Shown here piece after piece: positions 16,829 through 26,818 of a stretch of DNA of 32,000 nt (position 1 is its first letter; the number at the start of each line of letters is the position of its first letter). The position numbers and the translations under genes were made by a program. Origin of the DNA: an uncultured Actinomycetes bacterium (GTDB lineage Bacteria; Actinomycetota; Actinomycetes; S36-B12; CAIYMF01). The DNA lies in contig CAWJMG010000003.1 in NCBI GenBank assembly GCA_963843975.1, positions 1,560,001 to 1,592,000 of the forward strand, written 5' to 3'. The notes below the pieces were generated by a model that was not told the origin of the DNA, ran no database searches, and worked only from the letters and a program-made list of their open reading frames with translations.

Positions 16829-17785
16829 ATGGCGCTGGGGCCGTTGGGCTCGTTGGCGGCGTCCGCGCGCGCCACGCTGGCCCGCCACGACGCGCCCCAC
16901 CCCACCCCCACGCACCCCCGGACCGTCTTCGTCCTGTCGGGCGGGGCGGCGCTCGGGGCCGCGCAGGCCGGCATGGCCCGCGTGCTTCTCGACGCCGGCG
17001 TCGTGCCCGACGCGATCGTCGGGGTCTCCGCCGGCGCCATCAACGGAGCGCACATCGCGTTCCACCCCCACTCCGACGGCGGCGAGCGGCTCGAGGACCT
17101 CTGGCGCGAGCTCTCCACGAACGGCGTGATCGGCGGCCGCCGCAGCTGGGCGTGGAACGTCGTACGCGGGCGCTCGGGCGCGTTCCCCGCGGAAGGGCTG
17201 CGCGAGGCGCTCGAGGACGCCGTCGGCGACCGCACCGACGTCGGCGGGTCCGCGATCGAGCTGCACATCGGCACGACGCACCTCGAGAGCGGCCACCCCG
17301 TGTTCCACGACCGCGGCCCGCTTGTCGACGTATTGCTCGCGTCCTCCGCGCTCCCCGGGCTCTTCCCCGCCGTCCACCTCGACGACCCGACCGGCGAGCA
17401 CACCGGCCTGCACGTCGACGGTGCCGTGACGGCGATGCTGCCGCTCACGTACGCCCTGGAGCTCGAGCCGTGGCACGCCTGGGTGCTCGACGTCTCCGGT
17501 GCCGTCCGGGCGACCGGGTCGTACCACCCAGGGAGCCTCGACCTCGTGTCGGCGGGCTTCGCCCTCGCCCTCGGCCGGCAGGTGGGCCTCGGCGACGCCG
17601 GCCACGACCCGCGCGTCAGCACGATCAGCCTGCGGATGCGGCCGGCCGAGAAGCTGCGCAGCGTGCTGGACTTCGACCACACCGAGGACCTCATCGAGGC
17701 CGGCCGCCGCGAGGCGGAGGAGGCCCTCGCGCACGCGTTCGCCCAGCGGCCCGATCTCATCCCGGGCCGACCTGCGTCCGCCTGA
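16829..17785 (+). CDS. Patatin-like phospholipase family protein
   Basis: ATG at 16829 lies 8 nt after AGGAGG (16815-16820); 318 aa. It has the glycine-rich FVLSGGAALGAAQAG, the nucleophile elbow GVSAG (GxSxG) and the catalytic Asp context HVDGAV. Confidence 0.85.
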   Translation: MALGPLGSLAASARATLARHDAPHPTPTHPRTVFVLSGGAALGAAQAGMARVLLDAGVVPDAIVGVSAGAINGAHIAFHPHSDGGERLEDLWRELSTNGVIGGRRSWAWNVVRGRSGAFPAEGLREALEDAVGDRTDVGGSAIELHIGTTHLESGHPVFHDRGPLVDVLLASSALPGLFPAVHLDDPTGEHTGLHVDGAVTAMLPLTYALELEPWHAWVLDVSGAVRATGSYHPGSLDLVSAGFALALGRQVGLGDAGHDPRVSTISLRMRPAEKLRSVLDFDHTEDLIEAGRREAEEALAHAFAQRPDLIPGRPASA

Positions 17786-17973
17786 CGACCTATAACAACC
17801 CGCACATGCGGGGACACCGAGCCGTCCGCTCCGCTTCTGCCCATCGCAGGTCAGGGGACCCTCAGGGCCTGGGACGTCGGCATGCGCGGACGCCGACCCG
17901 GTCCTACTCTCAGCCCCACCGCGTGACCACAGTCACACGCCCCGTGATCGTCAGCGCCTTCCCAGGAGTGCTC

Positions 17974-18633
17974 GTGGAGCTGCAGAACTCGTTCGTCGTC
18001 CCGGCCGACATGGACACCGCGTGGAAGACGCTGCAGGACGTCGAGTTCCTCGCGCCCTGCGTCCCCGGCGCCACGCTCACCAAGAGCGACGGCGAGAACT
18101 TCGAGGGCAACGTCAAGGTCAAGCTGGGCCCGGTCTCGATGACGTACGGCGGCACCGCCCGCTTCGTCAGCCGCGACGAGGCGACCCACACCGCCGTGAT
18201 CGAGGGCACCGGCAAGGAGACCAAGGGCACCGGTACGGCGAAGGGCCTCGTCACGGCCGTCCTCGTCGCCGAGGCACCCGACCGCACCCGCTGCGACGTC
18301 GTCAGCGAGCTGACCATCACGGGCAAGGCCGCGCAGTTCGGCCGCGGCGTCATGCAGGACGTCGCCGGGCGCATCATCGACCAGTTCTCCGCCAACCTCG
18401 CCGCGCAAATGACCGCCGCGGGCGCGAGCGCCGCCGAGGAGCCGGCCGTGGCCGCCGACGGCACGGCCGCACCCGCCGCCCCGCGCGCCACCACGCCGCC
18501 GCCGCGACCGGCGTCCGACGAGGCCATCGACCTGCTCGGCACCGCCGGCGCTCCCGTGCTCAAGCGGGCCATCCCGGCAGCGATCGGAGCCGTTGTTGTC
18601 ATCGGCCTGATCATCTGGCTCGTCAAGAAGTAG
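17974..18633 (+). CDS. coxG: CoxG-family SRPBCC protein with C-terminal membrane anchor
   Basis: GTG at 17974 lies 5 nt after AGGAG; 219 aa. The CoxG-like segment is FVVPADMDTAWKTLQDVEFLAPCVPGATL...KVKLGPVSMTYGGTARF...GKAAQFGRGVMQDVAGRIIDQFSANL. It is followed by an Ala/Pro-rich linker and the hydrophobic tail AIPAAIGAVVVIGLIIWLVKK. Confidence 0.85.
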   Translation: MELQNSFVVPADMDTAWKTLQDVEFLAPCVPGATLTKSDGENFEGNVKVKLGPVSMTYGGTARFVSRDEATHTAVIEGTGKETKGTGTAKGLVTAVLVAEAPDRTRCDVVSELTITGKAAQFGRGVMQDVAGRIIDQFSANLAAQMTAAGASAAEEPAVAADGTAAPAAPRATTPPPRPASDEAIDLLGTAGAPVLKRAIPAAIGAVVVIGLIIWLVKK

Positions 18634-18758
18634 CGTGCGGCCCAAGGGCAGCCTCACCTTGTCTGGGGCTGCTCTCCGGCACGTGATCAACCGCTCGGCC
18701 AACGTCAGGAATGCCCAGCACGAACCCATCCGGCACGACCCCCCAGTGAGGTGGCGGA

Positions 18759-19628
18759 ATGCAGACCCCAGCCCCCGTCGACTACGCGAAGGCCACCTCC
18801 GTGGCCCACGCGATCGAGCTGCTCGAGCAGCTCGGTGAGGACGCCCGGCCGGTAGCCGGCGGACACAGCCTGCTCCCGATGATGAAGCTGCGGCTCGCAG
18901 CGCCGGAAGCACTCGTCGACCTCAACGACATCGCAGAGCTCGCGGGCATCCGGATCGAAGGTGACGAGATCGTGGTGGGGGCCATGACGCGTCACCGCGA
19001 CGTCCTGTCCTCGGCGATCCTCGCCGAGCACTACCCGATCTTCCGCGAGGCCGAGCACGTCATCGCCGACCCGATCGTCCGCAACCGCGGCACCATCGGG
19101 GGATCGGCGTGCCAGGCCGACCCGGCCGCCGACCTCTCCGCCGTCGGCTCCGCGCTCCGCGGCACCGCGGTGATCCAGGGCTCGGGCGGACGCCGCACCG
19201 TGCCGCTGCGCGAGTTCCACGACGGCCCCTACGAGACCGTCGTCCAGCCGGGCGAGGTCCTCGTCGAGCTCCGCTACCCGATCCGCCCGGGCGCAGGCAG
19301 CGCCTACGAGAAGGTCGAGCGCCGTGCCGGCGACTGGGGCGTGGCCACGGCCGGCGTCTTCGTCGTCGTCCAGGGCGGCGTCGTGACCGACTGCGGCATC
19401 GGCAACGCGGCCGTGGGCGCCGAGCACTACTGCTCCCCCGCCGCCGAGGCCGCTCTCATCGGCCAGCCCGCCACCGAGGAGAGCTTCGCCGCCGCAGCCA
19501 AGATCGTCGGCGAGACCTGCGAGCCGTACGCCGACCAGCGCGGCCCGGTCGACTACAAGCGCCACCTCGCCACCGAGCTGACCCTCCGCGCGCTGCGACG
19601 CGCCGCCCGAGCCTCCCAGGGAGCATGA
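18759..19628 (+). CDS. coxM: Form I CO dehydrogenase FAD-binding medium subunit
   Basis: ATG at 18759 follows GAGGTGG; 289 aa and intact. It has VDYAKATSVAHAIELL...AGGHSLLPMMKLRL. It is the first gene of an M-S-L arrangement whose large subunit carries AYACSFR. Confidence 0.9.
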   Translation: MQTPAPVDYAKATSVAHAIELLEQLGEDARPVAGGHSLLPMMKLRLAAPEALVDLNDIAELAGIRIEGDEIVVGAMTRHRDVLSSAILAEHYPIFREAEHVIADPIVRNRGTIGGSACQADPAADLSAVGSALRGTAVIQGSGGRRTVPLREFHDGPYETVVQPGEVLVELRYPIRPGAGSAYEKVERRAGDWGVATAGVFVVVQGGVVTDCGIGNAAVGAEHYCSPAAEAALIGQPATEESFAAAAKIVGETCEPYADQRGPVDYKRHLATELTLRALRRAARASQGA

Positions 19629-20113
19629 CCATGCAGGTGACGATCACCGTCAACGGCGTCGAGCAGACGCGCGACATCGAGCCGCGCATGCTGCTCGTGC
19701 ACTTCATCCGCGACGAGCTGCAGATGCGCGGCACCCACTGGGGCTGCGACACCTCCAACTGCGGCGCGTGCACCCTGTGGATCGACGACGAGCCCGTCAA
19801 GAGCTGCACGCATGCTGGCCGTGATGGCCGACGGCAAGTCGATCACGACGGTCGAGGGTCTCGCCAAGGGCGGCGAGCTCGACCCGATCCAGAAGGGCTT
19901 CATGGAGTGCCACGGCCTCCAGTGCGGCTACTGCACCCCGGGGATGATGATGGTCGGGCGCGCGCTGCTCGACGAGAACCCGCACCCCTCCGAGGCCGAG
20001 ATCCGCGAGGGAATCAGCGGAAACATCTGCCGCTGCACCGGATACAAGAACATCGTCGCCGCCATCCAGTGGGCAGCCGAGAACCCCGCCACGACCGACG
20101 CCGAGGTGACCGC

Positions 20114-20117
<4 letters not shown>
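19625..20117 (+). pseudogene. coxS: Form I CO dehydrogenase [2Fe-2S] small subunit, interrupted by one extra base at 19811
   Basis: ATG at 19625 overlaps the coxM stop (ATGA). The first frame reads [62 protein letters not shown]. The sequence is then ACG-C-ATG, and homology continues in the next frame from 19812: [17 protein letters not shown]...[10 protein letters not shown]...[10 protein letters not shown], ending at TGA 20115-20117. Confidence 0.85.
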
Positions 20118-22513
<2,396 letters not shown>

Positions 22514-22522
22514 GAGCTCGAC

Positions 22523-23461
22523 GTGATGACCACGCGGGCACTGGACGACAGGGCCGAGTCCCTGCGCGCCCATCGGGTGCCGTTCGTCCATGCCCGCGTG
22601 GTCCTCGCCGAGCGTCCGACCTCGGCCAAGCCCGGCGACGAGGCCGTCATCACCCCGGACGGTGTGATCGAGGGCTTCGTCGGCGGGCAGTGCGCCGAGG
22701 GCACCGTGCGCACGCAAGCCCTGTCGCTGCTCGCCTCGGGCGACTCGATGCTGCTGCGAATCACGCCCAACCCCGAGGGCGAGCAGTCGGGCAAGACCGT
22801 CGTGCACAACGCGTGCCTGTCGGGCGGCACTCTGGAGATCTTCCTCGAGCCCGTCCTTCCGCTCCCGCTCGTCGCCGTCCTCGGCGACAGCCCGATCGCC
22901 CGCGCGATGACCGGTGTCGCCGAGGCGCTGGGGTACGAGGTGTCGACGTACGAGACGGCCGACCTCACGGCCACCGACGCCGTGGTCGTCGCGACCCACG
23001 GCAAGCGCGAGGAGCAGACGCTGCAGGACGCAGTGCGCGCAGGCGTCCCGTACGTCGGGCTCATCGCGAGCCCCAAGCGCGGTGCGGCCGTCGTCGATTC
23101 GCTGGAGCTCACCGACGACGAGAAGGCCCGCATCCACTACCCCGCCGGCCTCGACATCGGTGCACGCACGCCGCAGGAGATCGCGCTGTCAGTCTTCGCG
23201 CAGATGGTGTCCGAGCGGCCGCGCGTTCCGCGCACCGCGCACGCGGGCACGCACCCGCCCGTGACCGAGCCGCCGCTGACGCGCCTCGGCCTGATCACGC
23301 TCGAGGCGGAGACCGCGATCGACCCGGTCTGCGACATGACCGTCACCATCTCCCCCGACGCCCTGTACGCCGACCTGCCGAACGGCGAGCGCGTGTGGTT
23401 CTGCTGCCCCGGCTGCCGTCGCGAGTTCCTGAAGCACCCCGAGAAGTACCCTCGATCGTGA
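22523..23461 (+). CDS. XdhC/CoxF-family maturation factor fused to a C-terminal YHS-type Cys-rich metal-binding domain
   Basis: GTG 22523 (or ATG 22526) follows AGGAG; 312 aa. The XdhC-like N-terminus is ARVVLAERPTSAKPGDEAVITPDGVIEGFVGGQCAEG. The Rossmann-like part is LVAVLGDSPIARAMTGVAEALGYEV. The C-terminal DPVCDMTV...ERVWFCCPGCRREFLKHPEKY matches the YHS pattern. Confidence 0.85.
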   Translation: MMTTRALDDRAESLRAHRVPFVHARVVLAERPTSAKPGDEAVITPDGVIEGFVGGQCAEGTVRTQALSLLASGDSMLLRITPNPEGEQSGKTVVHNACLSGGTLEIFLEPVLPLPLVAVLGDSPIARAMTGVAEALGYEVSTYETADLTATDAVVVATHGKREEQTLQDAVRAGVPYVGLIASPKRGAAVVDSLELTDDEKARIHYPAGLDIGARTPQEIALSVFAQMVSERPRVPRTAHAGTHPPVTEPPLTRLGLITLEAETAIDPVCDMTVTISPDALYADLPNGERVWFCCPGCRREFLKHPEKYPRS

Positions 23462-24393
23462 CCGTCGACGACCTCGTCCCCGACATCAGCACCCTCACCG
23501 CACGGCTCGGCGAGGCCGGCTACCTCGCCGACCCGTCCCTCGCCGCCGCGCTCTTCTGCGCGGTGCGCCTTCCGCAGCCGCTGCTGCTCGAGGGCGAGGC
23601 CGGGGTCGGCAAGACCCAGGCCGCGAAGTCGTTGGCGGAGCTGCTCGACACACCGCTGCTGCGCCTGCAGTGCTTCGAGGGGATCGACGCCTCCGAGGCC
23701 CTGTACGAGTGGAACTATCCGCGTCAGCTCCTCGGCATCCGTCTCGCCGAGGCACAGGGCGCCGACCTCGTCGAGGAGTCGCTCTTCAGCGAGCAGTACC
23801 TCGTCCGCCGTCCGCTCATGCAGGCGCTGGAGCACCCGGGCCCGCGCCCGGCCGTGCTCCTCATCGACGAGGTCGACCGCGCCGACGAGGAGTTCGAGGC
23901 GTTCCTGTTCGAGCTGCTCGCCGAGTCGACGGTGACGATCCCCGAGCTCGGCACCATCCGCGCGACGCACCCGCCGATCGTGATCCTCACCTCGAACCGC
24001 ACCCGCGACCTGCACGACGCCCTCAAGCGCCGCTGCCTCTACCACTGGATCGAGTACCCGCCTCTCGCCCAGGCGATCGCGATCGTGCGCGCCCGCGTCC
24101 CCGAGGCGAGCGAGACCCTCGCGACGCAGGTGGCCGGCGCGGTGCAGCGGCTGCGCAGCCTCGACGTCCAGAAGCCGCCCGGCGTCGCCGAGGCCATCGA
24201 CTGGCTGCACGCCGCGCAGCTCCTCGGCATCGACGAGCTCGACGAGGACGCCGTGGAGATGACCCTCGGCTCGGTGCTGAAGTACCGCGAGGACCACGAC
24301 GTCGCCCGAGCCGCCACGCTGCGGTGGATCGCCGACCCGGTCCGTGCCGCCAAGCAGTCCGTCGACGACCTGCGCACCGCCGCGGAGGGGTGA
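23458..24393 (+). CDS. coxD: MoxR-class AAA+ ATPase, CoxD-like
   Basis: GTG at 23458 overlaps the upstream stop (GTGA); 311 aa. It has Walker A GEAGVGKT and Walker B VLLIDEVDRAD, with the MoxR-like ILTSNRTRDLHDALKRRC. In the track it is hidden inside the chimeric 1404-aa ORF. Confidence 0.9.
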   Translation: MTVDDLVPDISTLTARLGEAGYLADPSLAAALFCAVRLPQPLLLEGEAGVGKTQAAKSLAELLDTPLLRLQCFEGIDASEALYEWNYPRQLLGIRLAEAQGADLVEESLFSEQYLVRRPLMQALEHPGPRPAVLLIDEVDRADEEFEAFLFELLAESTVTIPELGTIRATHPPIVILTSNRTRDLHDALKRRCLYHWIEYPPLAQAIAIVRARVPEASETLATQVAGAVQRLRSLDVQKPPGVAEAIDWLHAAQLLGIDELDEDAVEMTLGSVLKYREDHDVARAATLRWIADPVRAAKQSVDDLRTAAEG

Positions 24394-24394
24394 G

Positions 24395-25714
24395 ATGGGC
24401 CGGGCCGACCTCCCGGCCGTCATCGCCGCCTTCGGCCACCTGCTGCACCAGGCCGGCATCCCTGTGACGCCCGAGCGCAGCGCACGCTTCACGCGCGCCG
24501 TGCTGCTCGCCGACCCGATGACGGTCCGTGAGCTCTCCGCCCTGGGCAAGGCCACCCTCCTGTCGCACCATGAGCAGGAGGAGGTCTTCGACCGCGTCTT
24601 CGGGCAGGTGTTCCGCGGCCTCGTCGACTTCGCCGAGTTCCGCGGCGACTCCGCTCCCCCGACCCCCGTCTCGACGCTCCCGAAGGACGACGCCCCCACG
24701 TCCGACTCCTCGCGCGAGGGGGAGGCCGAGGGCAGCCCGACCGGCTCCGAGGGCCTTCCGGGCGAGGGCGAGAGCGAGGTCGACGAGGACGACGAGCGCA
24801 GCATCCTGGCGGCGGTCAGCAGCGAGGAGCGCCTCGGCTCCAAGAACTTCGCCGAGTGCACCGAGGACGAGCTGGCGCTGCTGCAGGCGCTCGTCTCCCA
24901 GCTGCCCTTCCTGCCGCCCATGCGACGGGCCCGCCGCCAGCGACGCCACGCGGCCGGCGACCGGCTCGACGTCCGGGCGACCCTGCGCGCCTCGCACAAG
25001 ACCTCCGGCGACCCGGTCCATCGCGTGCACAAGCGGTCGACCAGACGGGCGCGGCGCGTCGTGCTCATCGCCGACGTCTCCGGCTCGATGGAGCCGTACG
25101 CCCGCGTCTACCTGCACCTCATGCGCGGGGCCGTGCAGGCCCTCGGGTCCGAGGCGTTCGTGTTCGCGACGCGGCTCACGCGGCTCACCCGGCAGCTGCA
25201 CCACACGAACCCGGACATCGCGTACCGCCGTGCGGCCGCCGCGGCACCGGACTGGTCGGGCGGCACGCGGATCGGCAACGCGCTCAAGGCGTTCATCGAC
25301 GAGCACGGACGCCGCGGGCTCGCCCGCGGCTCGGTCATCGTGATCGTCTCCGACGGCTGGGAGCTCGGCGACCCGGAGCTCGTGGGCCAGATGATGGAGC
25401 AGCTCTCGCGCCTGGCGTTCCACATCATCTGGGTCAACCCGCGCAAGGCCGCGGGGGGCTACAAGCCCCTCGTCGGCGGCATGGCCGCGGCGCTGCCGTA
25501 CGTCGACACCTTCGTCAGCGGCCACTCGCTGCGCGCGCTGGAGGACGTCCTCACCGCGATCCGCGACGCCGCGGACGACGGGCGCCGCGTCTACCGCGTG
25601 CGACCGCTGCCGGTGCCGGACGACGTCACGCCCGAGCCGACGAGCGGGCCGACCGAGCCGATCAGGGACATCTTCCCGACCGGTCGGCTCGTCAGCGGGA
25701 CCATGCAGGGCTGA
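24395..25714 (+). CDS. coxE: VWA-domain protein, CoxE-like
   Basis: ATG at 24395 follows GGAGGGG; 439 aa. The MIDAS-type motif is VVLIADVSGSMEPY, followed by VIVIVSDGWELGDP. An acidic Ser/Glu-rich linker sits in the middle. It lies directly after the MoxR ATPase, as in cox clusters. Confidence 0.88.
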   Translation: MGRADLPAVIAAFGHLLHQAGIPVTPERSARFTRAVLLADPMTVRELSALGKATLLSHHEQEEVFDRVFGQVFRGLVDFAEFRGDSAPPTPVSTLPKDDAPTSDSSREGEAEGSPTGSEGLPGEGESEVDEDDERSILAAVSSEERLGSKNFAECTEDELALLQALVSQLPFLPPMRRARRQRRHAAGDRLDVRATLRASHKTSGDPVHRVHKRSTRRARRVVLIADVSGSMEPYARVYLHLMRGAVQALGSEAFVFATRLTRLTRQLHHTNPDIAYRRAAAAAPDWSGGTRIGNALKAFIDEHGRRGLARGSVIVIVSDGWELGDPELVGQMMEQLSRLAFHIIWVNPRKAAGGYKPLVGGMAAALPYVDTFVSGHSLRALEDVLTAIRDAADDGRRVYRVRPLPVPDDVTPEPTSGPTEPIRDIFPTGRLVSGTMQG

Positions 25715-25720
25715 CAGGCC

Positions 25721-26752
25721 TCAGCCGGCGACGGTCGCCCTCACGTCTGCGGCGAACGCGTCGACGTCCGCCTCGGTGGTCGACCACGCGGTCATCCAGC
25801 GCACCTGGTCGGCGTTCTCGTCCCAGACGTAGAACGTGTGCCTCGATTGGAGCGCGTCGATGTGCGCGCGGTCGAGGGTGGCGAACACGGCGTTGACCTG
25901 AACGGGGTGGCTGATGCGTACGCCGTCGACACCGTCGAGCGCCGCGGCGAGGCGGGCGGCCATGGCGTTGGCGTGCGACGCGTTCCGCAGCCAGAGGTCG
26001 CCCTCGAGCAGCGCGACGAGCTGAGCGGACACGAACCGCATCTTCGAGGCGAGCTGCATCGACTGCTTGCGCAGGAACGGCAGCGCATCGGCGAGGCCCG
26101 GCTTGAGGACGACGACGGCCTCGGCCCCGAGGGCGCCGTTCTTCGTCGCGCCGAACGACAGCACGTCGAGGTCGGCGCCTGCGGCGAGATCGCCCAGCGA
26201 GATGCCGAGCGACGCCGCCGCGTTGGCGAAGCGGGCGCCGTCCACGTGCACGAGCAGGCCGCGCGCGTGCGCCCAGTCGGCGATCGCGCGCAGCTCCTCG
26301 ACCGTGTAGACGGTGCCCAGCTCGGTCGACTCGGTCAGAGCGACGACCTTGGCCTGCACGTGGTGCTGGTCGCCGATCCCCCAGACGGCGCGGTCGATCG
26401 CATCGACCGAGAGCTTGCCCTCCGGCGCCGGCACGTCGATCAGCTTGGAGCCGAGCAGCTTCTCGGGGGCACCGCACTCGTCGACGTTGATGTGCGCACC
26501 CTCGGAGCAGACGACGGCCTCGTACGAGCGCAGCATCGCGGCGAGGCTGACGACGTTGGCACCCGTGCCGTTGAAGACCGGGAAGACCTGCGCGTGGTCG
26601 CCGAAGTGCTGCCGGAAGAGCCGCTCGGCCTCATGCGTGACGGGGTCGTCGCCGTAACCGGGCACCCATCCGGTGTTGGCCGCGGCGATAGCGGCCAGGA
26701 CGTCGGGGTGCACACCCGCGTGGTTGTCGCTGCCGAAGCTCGCGCCGGTCAT
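25721..26752 (-). CDS. ltaE: Low-specificity threonine aldolase (beta-eliminating lyase family, PLP-dependent)
   Basis: ATG at 26752 has GGAGGAGG upstream; 343 aa. It has FGSDNHAGVHPDVLAAI, FNGTGANV and SFGATKNG, the last carrying the PLP lysine context. Confidence 0.85.
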   Translation of the reverse strand: MTGASFGSDNHAGVHPDVLAAIAAANTGWVPGYGDDPVTHEAERLFRQHFGDHAQVFPVFNGTGANVVSLAAMLRSYEAVVCSEGAHINVDECGAPEKLLGSKLIDVPAPEGKLSVDAIDRAVWGIGDQHHVQAKVVALTESTELGTVYTVEELRAIADWAHARGLLVHVDGARFANAAASLGISLGDLAAGADLDVLSFGATKNGALGAEAVVVLKPGLADALPFLRKQSMQLASKMRFVSAQLVALLEGDLWLRNASHANAMAARLAAALDGVDGVRISHPVQVNAVFATLDRAHIDALQSRHTFYVWDENADQVRWMTAWSTTEADVDAFAADVRATVAG

Positions 26753-26818
26753 GGTCCTCCTCCAGGTCCGGCACATCCTCCCGCGTCGCGCGCATCCGCG
26801 CTGCACGGGGTCGCCGGG

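Noticed and set aside
15865-17844. 659-aa minus-strand ORF spanning the repeat array and the patatin gene
   Set aside because: It is antisense to moaE and patatin and reads through non-coding repeats. No motifs are present. It is a GC-driven artefact.
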